The notes beneath the pieces are model-generated. The model ran no database searches. It was given only the letters and a program-made list of their open reading frames with translations, and was not told where the DNA came from. The position numbers were made by a program, and so were the translations under genes. A DNA stretch of 64,000 bases. Origin: an uncultured Poribacteria bacterium. Lineage in GTDB: Bacteria > Poribacteria > WGA-4E > WGA-3G. Below are positions 10,186-19,675 of this stretch, piece by piece. Numbering within the stretch: the stretch's first letter is position 1; the number at the start of each line of letters is the position of its first letter. The DNA is taken from positions 4,128,001 to 4,192,000 of the forward strand of contig CATQHZ020000001.1 in the NCBI GenBank assembly GCA_958296135.2, in the 5' to 3' direction.

Positions 10186-11436
10186 ATGTTTCCACGACGC
10201 ATCATTTTTGCAGCGATTTCTATCTCAATTGCGGCGAGTTTTCTGCTGTGCGGCTACGAGTTCATCCGTGCTGTTTCCACCTCTCTATTCATTGAGAGTT
10301 ACGGCGCAGAAAACCTGCCGCGCGCCATGGTAGCAGTGCCGCCGAGTCTCTTGCTGTTGCTCTATATCTACGGCCGTCTGCTTTCGCGACTCGGTGCGAC
10401 GCGCACCTTGGCGATAACTTCGCTGCTGTCAAGCGCGTTAATCTTGGGGTGCTATCTCGCGCTGACCCGCGGTGTGCATTTCGCCTCGGCTACCATTTAT
10501 GTCTTCCGCGAAGCATACATCGTGATTATCGTAGAACAGTTCTGGTCCTTCGTCAACAGCACGCTCACGCCGACACAGGCGAAGCGTATTAACGGTCCCT
10601 TCTGTGCCGTTGCCTCGATAGGTTCTGTCGTGGGCGGCGTGCTCGTCGGCAGATGGGCGGAACCGTTAGGAAGTCAAACGCTGCTGCTATTCACGGCAGC
10701 CTCTCTCGTCCCATCAACGATTTTCAGTGGCATCGCCTACACTCTCGCTGGCGAACCGAAACCGACGGTGGCAGAAGCAGGTGGGCAGCACGGGCACCTT
10801 GGGGGCCGAACGCTTTTCCGTTCCAGATACCTCGTCTTTATTGCGTTGCTCATCTTAAGCACGCAGGTAGTCTCTACTGTCCTCGATCTTCGTTTCAACG
10901 GGCTCGCCGAAATCGAGCGACCGGATGTCGATGCAAGAACTGCTTTCTACGGCACTTTTTACGCGATTTTGGGCGGCAGTGCCGCCGTTTTACAACTGAT
11001 AGTCGTTCCGTTTGCGTTGCGGTTTATTTCAGTTCGCGTGATTCATCTCGGCATCCCGATGGTGCATCTACTAAGCGGCCTCGTGCTGACGTTGCGTCCC
11101 TCATTGCGCACGGGTGCATTGGCGTACCTGCTGTTCAAGACGTTTGACTATTCGCTCTTCCGGGCGGCGAAAGAATTGTTCTATATGCCGCTCTCTTATG
11201 ACGAACGGTATCGTGCAAAGCAGCTCATTGATTCGTTCGGCTATCGCCTCGCGAAGGGCGGCAGCGCGGGTATCATTGAACTCGTGCGCCTCGGTGTTAG
11301 GACGATGCCGGGGGCCGCCTTCTCCATCACTGCCATGGTAATGGCCGGTATTTGGACCGGCGTTGTCTCCAATTTGACAACGCAGTATCAGAAATTGGAG
11401 AAATCAGACGAAACCGTTTCAGTTTCCGATGAGTGA
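10186..11436 (+). CDS. TLC/Npt1-Npt2 family nucleotide transporter-like MFS protein
   Basis: About 12 TM segments; FWSFVNS......AKR; DYSLFRAAKELFYMPLSYDERYRAKQLIDSFGYRLAKGG resembles the TLC C-terminal motif. Confidence 0.72.
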   Translation: MFPRRIIFAAISISIAASFLLCGYEFIRAVSTSLFIESYGAENLPRAMVAVPPSLLLLLYIYGRLLSRLGATRTLAITSLLSSALILGCYLALTRGVHFASATIYVFREAYIVIIVEQFWSFVNSTLTPTQAKRINGPFCAVASIGSVVGGVLVGRWAEPLGSQTLLLFTAASLVPSTIFSGIAYTLAGEPKPTVAEAGGQHGHLGGRTLFRSRYLVFIALLILSTQVVSTVLDLRFNGLAEIERPDVDARTAFYGTFYAILGGSAAVLQLIVVPFALRFISVRVIHLGIPMVHLLSGLVLTLRPSLRTGALAYLLFKTFDYSLFRAAKELFYMPLSYDERYRAKQLIDSFGYRLAKGGSAGIIELVRLGVRTMPGAAFSITAMVMAGIWTGVVSNLTTQYQKLEKSDETVSVSDE

Positions 11437-11467
11437 ACTGGTTCGGGGGTTACCCATTAAACTTTTA

Positions 11468-11525
11468 TGCGGTATAATAGACAGAGTTTCGGTTTTGACG
11501 CGGCGCACGCGAAGCAGCCTATAAT
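11468..11525 (+). promoter_or_regulatory. Promoter region of the toxin-antitoxin pair
   Basis: TATAAT at 11473-11478; TTGACG (11495-11500) with TATAAT (11520-11525) at a long 19-nt spacing. Confidence 0.45.
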
Positions 11526-11557
11526 GGTACGCGACACTTGATACAACCGGTTTTCCA

Positions 11558-11899
11558 ATGAACATTTTTTCGCAGCACAAGTTGCGCGATTTTGCACAGA
11601 GACATCCGAACTGCAAATCGGGACTCGCCCGCTGGCGCAACTTGATATCGGCAGGAAGTTTCGGTTCACTCAACGAACTGCGTGAAACGTTTCCGCACGC
11701 TGACCTGGTGAAAAAGCCCGTGGTCCCTCAGCCAGGGCAACGTCGCCCTCGCCTCAAAGACGAAATAAGGTTTACCATTTTCAACATTGGTGGTAACAAA
11801 GCGCGCCTGATTACAACGATACGATATGACTCCCAAGTTGTCACTATTCATGAAGTCCTCACGCACGCCGAGTATGATGCGTGGGCGAAAACGAGGTAA
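11558..11899 (+). CDS. higB: HigB-family mRNA interferase toxin (type II TA) with an internal insertion
   Basis: LRDFAQRHP, LARW, ELRETFPHADLV, FTIFNIGGNKARLI, EVLTHAEYD. Confidence 0.85.
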   Translation: MNIFSQHKLRDFAQRHPNCKSGLARWRNLISAGSFGSLNELRETFPHADLVKKPVVPQPGQRRPRLKDEIRFTIFNIGGNKARLITTIRYDSQVVTIHEVLTHAEYDAWAKTR

Positions 11900-11905
11900 G
11901 AAACA

Positions 11906-12880
11906 ATGTTAAGTCCTATCCAAACGACACTAAAGGTATTACCCGTGCCCGTTCTCTCTGCATCCGTTGAAGTGAACCTGCCAGATGCTATTGACCGACA
12001 GCCCCCTTCCTTGAAGCGGCCTGGCCTCCCTGAAGCGCACTGCGTCTCGGAGGCAGCACTATTTCCGGCGAGTGCGGTACCCTGGCTGCTTGAGGTGCAT
12101 GAACTGTTAACCGAACTCGTGACTCGGAACCCTGACGTGCGCCGCGCCACAGTGAATGAGGCCGAATACAAAAAACTCACAACAATCCTGGAGGATTTGA
12201 TGTGGGCTGTCGGTGATGATGAGCAAGACCCTTTATCCTCCTTATTCACATGTGTCGGTAATTTCACGCTCAGGTATGAGGACGAAAACTTTCCAAACTG
12301 GGATGCCCTTTGGCCAGAACTTGAATCGGCGGATGCGGCGGCCGAAGCAATCTCACCGAAGCGCAAAGCCACCGCCTCCCCACCGCCGGGCTGGGCTGAC
12401 GAAGAAGTCGCCCTTGATGCCTTTCTCTCGATGGGCCACTTCTTATGCGAAGCCGGCCAGGTAGAAAAAGCGATAGCTGCCTATGACACCGCCATCCGAC
12501 TGAACCCTCATGCCGCCGAGGCGTATTGCAACCGCGGCAGCGTCCATTATGCCCTAGGCACCTACGCCGCCGCGATGCGGGACTACAATGAGGCTATCCG
12601 CCTCAACCCCGCGCGCGGAGAAAGCTATTTCAACCGCGCAGTGACACACTTTCAGCTGCAGCACTACAAAGCGGCGATTCGCGATTACGCCGCGGCACTC
12701 GCACGTAACCCTGATGATGCAGGTGCCTATATCGGCCGCGCGCATGCCAAGTTCGCGCTGCACCGCTATGCGGCGGCGCTGCTTGATTACGACGCGGCAC
12801 TGCGTCTCACGCCAGATGACGACGCGGTGCGACGCTATCGTCACCTCGCACAAGCGCAAAAGACAAATGGGGAACCGTAA
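11906..12880 (+). CDS. Putative antitoxin: HigA-like N-terminal helical region fused to TPR repeats, no HTH
   Basis: NEAEYKKLTTILEDLMWAVGDDEQDPLSSLFTCVGNFTLRYEDENFP resembles the HigA N-domain; four TPRs at the C-terminus; starts 6 nt after higB. Confidence 0.65.
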   Translation: MLSPIQTTLKVLPVPVLSASVEVNLPDAIDRQPPSLKRPGLPEAHCVSEAALFPASAVPWLLEVHELLTELVTRNPDVRRATVNEAEYKKLTTILEDLMWAVGDDEQDPLSSLFTCVGNFTLRYEDENFPNWDALWPELESADAAAEAISPKRKATASPPPGWADEEVALDAFLSMGHFLCEAGQVEKAIAAYDTAIRLNPHAAEAYCNRGSVHYALGTYAAAMRDYNEAIRLNPARGESYFNRAVTHFQLQHYKAAIRDYAAALARNPDDAGAYIGRAHAKFALHRYAAALLDYDAALRLTPDDDAVRRYRHLAQAQKTNGEP

Positions 12881-12927
12881 TGTCAGATCGTTCCGCGCCG
12901 TACCAGAATGATTCTGTTCTCCCTTTC

Positions 12928-12984
12928 TGTAGGGCAGGCTCGCCCGAGCCTGCCCATTTGAGCTCAGGCGAGCTCAACCTACAG
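12928..12984. repeat. Inverted REP doublet (TGTAG-GGCAGGCTCGCCCGAGCCTGCCC ... GAGCTCAGGCGAGCTC-AACCTACA)
   Basis: Two hairpins bounded by GTAG and CTAC; related pieces near 10095-10120, 25395-25500 and 32304-32382. Confidence 0.7.
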
Positions 12985-13037
12985 ATACGAGATAACTAAG
13001 TGTCTCTGGTAAATGTCTCTGGCATTGGAGAAAAAAC

Positions 13038-13067
13038 TTGACATTTTAATGGAATTTGCGGTATAAT
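13038..13067 (+). promoter_or_regulatory. Consensus sigma70 promoter
   Basis: TTGACA (13038-13043), 18-nt spacer, TATAAT (13062-13067); AGGAGG RBS before ATG 13101. Confidence 0.75.
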
Positions 13068-13100
13068 AGAATTTATACTGTTTTTAGGAGGACAAATCTC

Positions 13101-13868
13101 ATGATGTCCCAAATTTTTACCGGAACGCAAACAAAATGGATGCTCCTCTTCGTCGGGGCAGTATCCCTCATGATTTGCGGATGCGCAGTGAAACCGCAGC
13201 CGGCTGTCGATGTCTACATGGAGCCGGTGGCGGAACGTTCGCCTGCGCAAATCGATACCGAAACAGGCACGATGACGCTTGAACAAAAGGGAGTCGCCGT
13301 GACCTTGCAGCCGCTCACGGAAGTAGATCTGTTCGCGCTCACCGATGACCCGGGGATAAACCCCTATCTCGTCGTTGAACGGAATGGGGCTGTTGAGCCG
13401 CTCTACACCGTTTTTGAAGTGACGGTTCACAACCTCGATACCCCGCGCGTGCAGGTTGCCGAGGACGCGGCAGTGCTGATTGATAAGAACGGTGCGCAAC
13501 ACGCCGCGCTGCCCTACGATTACTTTGAGCGGCTCTACGATGACGTAGACACCTCTCGCAGCGAGGTAATCGCGCGCCCCTATTATCCTTATCACTACGC
13601 GCCCTACTATCCTTCGTATTATCATCACTCCTACGTTGACGTGGAGGCGTTGGAAGAGGGACGCAGCATGGCGCAGGATAGCATCTTCGCTGGCGGCAAG
13701 TTATTTCGCGGCGCGAAGCGGCGCGGGCTCTTCATCTTCGACCGGCTTGACAACGATGCAACCGAAGTCAGGATGGTTGTCTCAGGCATCCGGATTGTCC
13801 CGGCAGATGGACAACAAGTTGAACTTGAATTTAAGTTTGACTTTAAACAGGTAGTTGCGCTAAAATAA
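13101..13868 (+). CDS. Hypothetical lipoprotein with a Tyr/Pro/His-rich segment
   Basis: Lipobox-like LMICGC after a hydrophobic stretch; strong RBS; segment RPYYPYHYAPYYPSYYHHSY. Confidence 0.7.
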   Translation: MMSQIFTGTQTKWMLLFVGAVSLMICGCAVKPQPAVDVYMEPVAERSPAQIDTETGTMTLEQKGVAVTLQPLTEVDLFALTDDPGINPYLVVERNGAVEPLYTVFEVTVHNLDTPRVQVAEDAAVLIDKNGAQHAALPYDYFERLYDDVDTSRSEVIARPYYPYHYAPYYPSYYHHSYVDVEALEEGRSMAQDSIFAGGKLFRGAKRRGLFIFDRLDNDATEVRMVVSGIRIVPADGQQVELEFKFDFKQVVALK

Positions 13869-14075
13869 TCCGAACAGCAGGATAGACGCAGCACGAAACC
13901 ATTCGGCTGCATGCCTCACCGCGTGCGCGCTTCCAACGCGCGCCTATCCAAACTGTTCAGCGCAATACGACAGGAACTCAAAGCGACTTGCGTTTTCTGC
14001 CACAAAACTTTTCAGGATACCCGCTCACAGGTGCCAACCGGAGAAAACGCGCGCGAAAGAAAGGAACATAGAACG

Positions 14076-15260
14076 ATGAAAAAATGGTTTTTAGTGCTTC
14101 TGCTGATGGGCCTCGTCCTTCATCTTGGAGGGATGCTGCCAAGCGAAGCCGCAAAAGAATTGAAAGTCGCTGTTGCAGGGCCGTTTACTGGCAGTGCGGC
14201 GGCATTCGGAGAAATGATAGAACGCGGCGCGAAGTTGAAGGCCGACGAAATCAATGCCGCGGGCGGCATTCACGGCATGACGCTGACACTCGTCTTTGAA
14301 GATGATGCTGGCAAAGATGGCGAGGCGAGCCTTGTCGCGGAACGTATCGCCACAAACCGCGAAATCCTTGCAGTCGTTGGGCATTTTAACAGCGCGTGCT
14401 CCCTCGCAGGCAAACCTATCTACAAACGGGCAGGCATTGTTGAATTGTCACCCGGCTCAACAAACGTCAATGTCTGTAAAGGCAGCGATTGGACGTTCCG
14501 GAATTTATATCGCGACGATTTTCAGGGGCAATTCATCGCAAAATATATTAAGAATGTTTTGCCCGAATTACAAAATGTTGCCGTGTTCTTTGACAACGAC
14601 GACTACGGCAGAGGGCTCGCTGATGCCTTCACGGCCGAGGCGAAAGCCGTCGGGCTGAATCTTGTCGCCTCGGAAGCATACGACAGGGATAATACCGATT
14701 TTAAAGCCCAACTCACCAGCATCAAAGCCAAGAACCCAGATGGCATTTTCATCTCTGGGCTCTACGGCCAGGCAGCACTGATTGCAAAACAGGCACGTGA
14801 AGCCGGTATCACGGCACGGTTCTTCGGCGCAGATGGCGTGGATTCACCCGATTTCCTCAAAATCGCGGGCCCCGCCGCCGAAGGCACATACCTCACGACA
14901 CCCTTTCTCTTCGGGCTGGGGAACGAGGAAGCACAAGTGGTTGCCGACAATTTTGAAGCCGCCTACGGGGTAGCACCCGACACCTGGGCCGCGCTCAGCT
15001 ACGACGCTGTCGGAATGATTGCCGCAGCAATTGAAGCCACTTACTCAAAGAAAGCCGCTCTCAAGCAGAATCGGAAAGCCATCCGCGACTATTTGGCCTC
15101 CCTGGACACGCAGGAAGAAGGATACAAGGGCATCACGGGGCTCACCTATTTTGATAAAAACGGGGATACCCTGAACAAACCGGCTTACGTCAAAATCGTC
15201 AAGGATGGCGAATTTACGGCGGCTCCTCAGCAACTGCTGAATTTGGACGCGCTGGAATAA
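14076..15260 (+). CDS. livK: Branched-chain amino acid ABC transporter substrate-binding protein (LivJ/LivK family)
   Basis: Signal peptide MKKWFLVLLL, AGPFTGSAAAFG, EINAAGGI, VVGHFNS, DYGRGL, TDFKAQLT, YDAV. Confidence 0.88.
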   Translation: MKKWFLVLLLMGLVLHLGGMLPSEAAKELKVAVAGPFTGSAAAFGEMIERGAKLKADEINAAGGIHGMTLTLVFEDDAGKDGEASLVAERIATNREILAVVGHFNSACSLAGKPIYKRAGIVELSPGSTNVNVCKGSDWTFRNLYRDDFQGQFIAKYIKNVLPELQNVAVFFDNDDYGRGLADAFTAEAKAVGLNLVASEAYDRDNTDFKAQLTSIKAKNPDGIFISGLYGQAALIAKQAREAGITARFFGADGVDSPDFLKIAGPAAEGTYLTTPFLFGLGNEEAQVVADNFEAAYGVAPDTWAALSYDAVGMIAAAIEATYSKKAALKQNRKAIRDYLASLDTQEEGYKGITGLTYFDKNGDTLNKPAYVKIVKDGEFTAAPQQLLNLDALE

Positions 15261-15462
15261 TACCAACAAGATGGACGCAAACGCCTAAAACACGCGCGCT
15301 TCCAAAGCGCGGCTTGCGTCTGTCCTAACCAAAACGTTCCGAGGTAAGCGGGCTCTCCCGGGCATCCCGGCCTCCAGCCTGCTAATGCCTCATAGCGAGT
15401 GAATATTTATAGCACGGTAGGGCGATGGACACACATCCTTCGCCTTACCAGCCTTGCAAATT

Positions 15463-16359
15463 ATGGCACAATTTTTAGAGCAACTTATTAACGGCCTAGT
15501 TCTCGGCGGCATCTACGCGCTCATCGCGGTAGGTTATACGATGGTTTACGGCATCATCCAACTGATTAATTTCGCGCACGGCGAGATTTTCATGTTTGGG
15601 GCATACTTCTCGTTTGTCCTTGTTGCGGTGTTGCAGGTGCCGTTTTGGGTAGCGTTACCTATCTGCATGCTGCTCTGCGCGGGGATGGGTGTAGCGATGG
15701 ATATCATCGCGTATCGGCCGCTCCGCAAAGCACCGCGGTTATCGGCGTTAATTACTGCCATCGGGATGTCCCTCGCGCTGCAAAATCTGGCCCGGATTAT
15801 CTGGGGAGCACGGCAGCGCACATTCCCCGAAGAATCCATCCCGGTTATCTTCTTAAGTGAAAATGCAATTCCGCTTCCCGGAGGGGCGGATTTACCGTAC
15901 CGCGACCTTTTTATCATCTTATTCGCCGCCGTGTTAATGATTCTGCTAAATCGGCTGATTTACTTAACCAAAATAGGCAAAGCGATGCGTGCCTGCGCAC
16001 AAAATCCTGTCGCCGCCAATCTGATGGGCATCCAGACGAACCGGGTCATCGCCGTGGCGTTCGCCATCGGCTCGGCGTTGGGGGCCGTCGCCGGTGTGAT
16101 GGTGGGGTTACGCGAAGTTATTGAACCCACGATGGGTTACTATAAAGGTGTCGCCGCGTTCGCAGCCGCCGTGCTTGGCGGTATCGGCAATGTCACCGGG
16201 GCGATGATAGGCGGCCTCTTAATCGGGCTCGCCGAAGTGCTTGGAGCCGGCTACATTTCCTCTGGCTACCGACTGGCGATTGCCTATATTATTATGATTG
16301 CTGTCATCCTCATCCGGCCATCAGGACTATTTGGAAAAACAACAGGCACCCGTGCCTAA
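15463..16359 (+). CDS. livH: Branched-chain amino acid ABC transporter permease LivH
   Basis: QLINGLVLGGIYALIAVGYTMVYGIIQLINFAHG, GKAMRA, FAAAVLGGIG. Confidence 0.92.
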   Translation: MAQFLEQLINGLVLGGIYALIAVGYTMVYGIIQLINFAHGEIFMFGAYFSFVLVAVLQVPFWVALPICMLLCAGMGVAMDIIAYRPLRKAPRLSALITAIGMSLALQNLARIIWGARQRTFPEESIPVIFLSENAIPLPGGADLPYRDLFIILFAAVLMILLNRLIYLTKIGKAMRACAQNPVAANLMGIQTNRVIAVAFAIGSALGAVAGVMVGLREVIEPTMGYYKGVAAFAAAVLGGIGNVTGAMIGGLLIGLAEVLGAGYISSGYRLAIAYIIMIAVILIRPSGLFGKTTGTRA

Positions 16360-16382
16360 CCGGCAGCGGGCATGCTCCGAAA

Positions 16383-17381
16383 ATGATGCGAGATACATTA
16401 ACACCGAAAAACATCATCCTCTGCGGCCTCATCTGTTTTCTGCCGGGACTTACCTATCTCCTTGATTACACCATCCAGTGGTTGTCCTTTCAGGATATCT
16501 CTGTCCCAACCAGTATCCCAAGTGGCGATTATCTGCTGCGGATTATTGTTCAGGCAGGCATCTATATGCTCCTTGCTGTCGGACTGAATATTGTCTGCGG
16601 ATTCACTGGCTTGTTGGATTTGGGCTACGTCGGGTTTTATCTCGTCGGCGGCTATACAGCCGGCCTGCTGATGACGCGGCTCGGTGTGAACTATTGGCTA
16701 GTGCTCCCGATTGCCGTGCTGAACGGCGCGTTATGGGGACTCCTGCGAGGAGCACCGACACTCCGACTCACCGGCGATTACTTCGCCATTGTGACGTTCG
16801 GATTCGCAGAACTGCTTTTCCGCATTATCAAAAATTGGACCTGGCTCATCGGCGGGCCCAACGGGTTTGTCCACGACATTCCGTCACCCACGCTCTTCGG
16901 GATAACTCTCGACCAGAATTGGCACAACTATTACCACATCCTTATCTTGCTGGCGTTGGTGGTGCTTTTCACCTATCGGTTACAGCATTCCCGCGTTGGC
17001 AGAGCCTGGATTGCTATCCGCGAGGACGAACAAGCCGCTGAGAGCATGGGCATTAATCTGAGTCGCTATAAGTCACTGGCGTTTGCAGTAAGCGCGGCCG
17101 TCGGCGCACTCGGCGGCGCATTTTTCGCCCAATTTCGCATCAATCTCAGTGCAACTGCCTTTGAATTCTGGGAATCTATTTTCATACTCTGTATGGTAGT
17201 GCTTGGCGGAATGGGGGGGATTAAAAGCTCCATCATCGGCGCAGCGATTTTGGCATCCCTCGGCGAAATCTTACGCATCAGTCTGCCTTACCAACTGAGC
17301 GGCATGCGTTACCTGGTCTTCGGCATTATTCTCATTGTCCTGATGCGCTTCCGGCCCGGAGGACTCATCAAAGGAGCGTAA
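16383..17381 (+). CDS. livM: Branched-chain amino acid ABC transporter permease LivM
   Basis: GLNIVCGFTGLLDLG, LRLTGDYFAIVT, GRAWIAIREDE.AA, MVVLGG. Confidence 0.9.
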   Translation: MMRDTLTPKNIILCGLICFLPGLTYLLDYTIQWLSFQDISVPTSIPSGDYLLRIIVQAGIYMLLAVGLNIVCGFTGLLDLGYVGFYLVGGYTAGLLMTRLGVNYWLVLPIAVLNGALWGLLRGAPTLRLTGDYFAIVTFGFAELLFRIIKNWTWLIGGPNGFVHDIPSPTLFGITLDQNWHNYYHILILLALVVLFTYRLQHSRVGRAWIAIREDEQAAESMGINLSRYKSLAFAVSAAVGALGGAFFAQFRINLSATAFEFWESIFILCMVVLGGMGGIKSSIIGAAILASLGEILRISLPYQLSGMRYLVFGIILIVLMRFRPGGLIKGA

Positions 17382-17388
17382 GGCAGCT

Positions 17389-18865
17389 ATGCAGAACACC
17401 CTCTACTTCGGCGATAACCTCCAGGTGATGCGAGAGATGCAAACCCACAGTTACCATCTCTGCTACTTCGATCCGCCGTTCAACAGCGGCCGCAACTACA
17501 ACATCTTCCTCGCCGGCTCCACCGCGCAACGCAAAGCGTTTGACGACATCTGGCGATGGGACGACGCGGCGCGCGAGAATCAGGCCGCTGTTCTCCACTA
17601 CGATGGCAGACACCCGGAACTCGTTGAGACGATGGATAATTTAGCGTTCTGTTTACAATATATTAACTATTGGTTAAGAAGGGGGGGGGAAATCAGAAGA
17701 ATCGATGCGTGCCTATCTCGCCTTCATGGCCCCGCGCTTGGCAGAGATTTGGCGGTTGTTGACTCCGACAGGTAGCGTCTATTTGCACTGCGACCCGCAT
17801 GCGAGCCACTACCTGAAATGCATGATGGACGCAGTTTTTGGCGCGTCGAATTTCCGGAACGAGATTATCTGGTGTTACGCAGGCGGCGGCATCCCGCGCA
17901 AGGATTTCCCGCGCAAACACGACGTGCTTTTACGATACGCCCGCGGGAAAGATGTCATCTTTAACACCGAATATCGGCCCTATGGCGCACACAACGTGAC
18001 AGGCAAAAGGTTCACCGACCGCGGCGGCACCCGTGCGTTGCACTATCGCGAAAAAGGCACGCCCATTAACGATTGGTGGACTGACATCAAGCCGCTGATA
18101 AATCTCTCCAAAGAACGCCTCGGCTACCCCACCCAGAAACCGCTCGCGCTCCTTGAACGCATCATCAAAGTCTCCTCTAACCCCGGTGACATCGTCTTCG
18201 ATCCCTTCTGTGGCTGCGGCACGACAGTAGATGCCGCGCACGGCCTCGGTAGGCATTGGGTAGGCATCGACCTCACCGTTCTCGCTTTGGGGCCTATGGA
18301 GCGGCGGCTCAGCGAACGCCATGGACTTCGTCCGAACGTCGATTATCGCATTGAGGGGTATCCCACAACCTGCCAAGATGCCATCCTCCTCGCCGAGCAG
18401 AACCCGAACGACTTCGCGAATTGGGCAGTCACCCGATTGGGACTCGCGCCAACACCGAACAGCAACGATGGCGGATTTGATGGCACGGGGCGGATTACCC
18501 TATGGGAAAATAGGCACCTCGCCGAGGCGACGCAGACGAAACTGCCTGTCATCGCCGAGGTGAAATCGGGAAGGCGTTTGAACCCGAATCAGGTGCGCGC
18601 CTTCCGCACAGCAATGCGGGATAACGGGGCCGCCATCGGGATTTTCATTACGTTGCACGAAGTCACGCGGGGGATGCGCAACCTCGCCGAAGAGGAGGGA
18701 TTCATTGAGCACAACGGGAAGCATTATCCGCGCTTGCAGTTCTGGCAGATAACGGATACTTATTTTGAGGAGGGACTCATACCGGTGAATTTGCCATGGC
18801 AAATCGATGAACGGCCAAAAGCGGAACGGCATTACGGCGGAGAGCAGACCTATCTAACGACATAA
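17389..18865 (+). pseudogene. Beta-class N4/N6 DNA methyltransferase fused to an Mrr-like endonuclease domain, frameshifted at a G9 tract (phase-variable or sequencing error)
   Basis: ORF 17389-17775 carries LYFGDNL and DPPFNS (motif IV). ORF 17705-18865 carries GSVYLHCD, FRNEIIW, YPTQKP, DPFCGCGT (motif I) and DGGFDG...EVKSG...GIFITL. Removing one G from 17681-17689 joins them in frame (WLRRGGKSEESMRAYL). Confidence 0.85.
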
Positions 18866-18867
18866 TA

Positions 18868-19674
18868 CGTAGCGTGCGGGCCTGTCTCTCGCGAACCCCG
18901 ATGCCCTTCCCCGTCGCGCGAGGGCCTGTCCCTCGCGAACCACCGCCCTTTCCCCGTAGCGCGCGGGCCTGTCCCTCGCGAACCACCGCCCTTTCCCCGT
19001 AGCGCGAGGGCCTGTCCCTCGCGAACCACCGCCCTTTCCCCGTAGCGCGAGGGCCTGTCCCTCGCGATGCTCCGGCCGCAACGAGAACCGGCCGCCGGCC
19101 GGCGGTTTCAAACATTTTCTTTCTAATGCTCTTCCCCCGTAGCGCGAGGGCCTGTCCCTCGCGATGCTCCGGCCGCAACGAGAACCGTCCGCCGGCCGGA
19201 GATTGCAGCCTGTTGAGGGACAGGCCCTCAACCTACGGGGAGGGTAGTTTCCATGATACCGTAGCGCGAGGGCCTGTCCCTCGCGATGCTCCGGTCGCAA
19301 GAGAACCGTCCGCCGGCCGGCGGTTTCAAACATTTTCTTTCTAATGCTCTTCCCCCGTAGCGCGAGGGCCTGTCCCTCGCGATGCTCCGGCCGCAACGAG
19401 AACCGTCCGCCGGCCGGAGATTGCAGCCTGTTGAGGGACAGGCCCTCAACCTACGGGGAGGGTAGTTTCCATGATACCGTAGCGCGAGGGCCTGTCCCTC
19501 GCGATGCTCCGGTCGCAAGAGAACCGTCCGCCGGCCGGCGGTTTCAAACATTTTCTTTCTAATGCTCTTCCCCCGTAGCGCGAGGGCCTGTCCCTCGCGA
19601 TGCTTCGGCCGCAAGAGAACCGTCCGCCGGCCGGAGCATCGCCGCGTGTTGAGGGACAGCCCCCTCAACCTACG
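18868..19674. repeat. Hierarchical tandem array of GTAG-tagged REP palindromes (10 direct and 3 inverted copies)
   Basis: CGTAGCGCGAGGGCCTGTCCCTCGCGA starts at 18868, 18912, 18955, 18998, 19041 (43-44 nt period), then 19138, 19260, 19356, 19478, 19574 (218-nt higher-order unit). Inverted copies near 19212, 19430 and 19648. Confidence 0.95.
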
Positions 19675-19675
19675 G

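Noticed and set aside
17213-17219. G7 tract in livM as a phase-variation site
   Set aside because: It is in frame, encodes the conserved MGG motif region and the ORF is intact.
18868-19674. CRISPR array
   Set aside because: The 27-nt palindromic repeat looks CRISPR-like, but the intervening sequences are themselves repeated, vary widely in length and include inverted copies. No cas genes are present and the same repeat is dispersed across the window.
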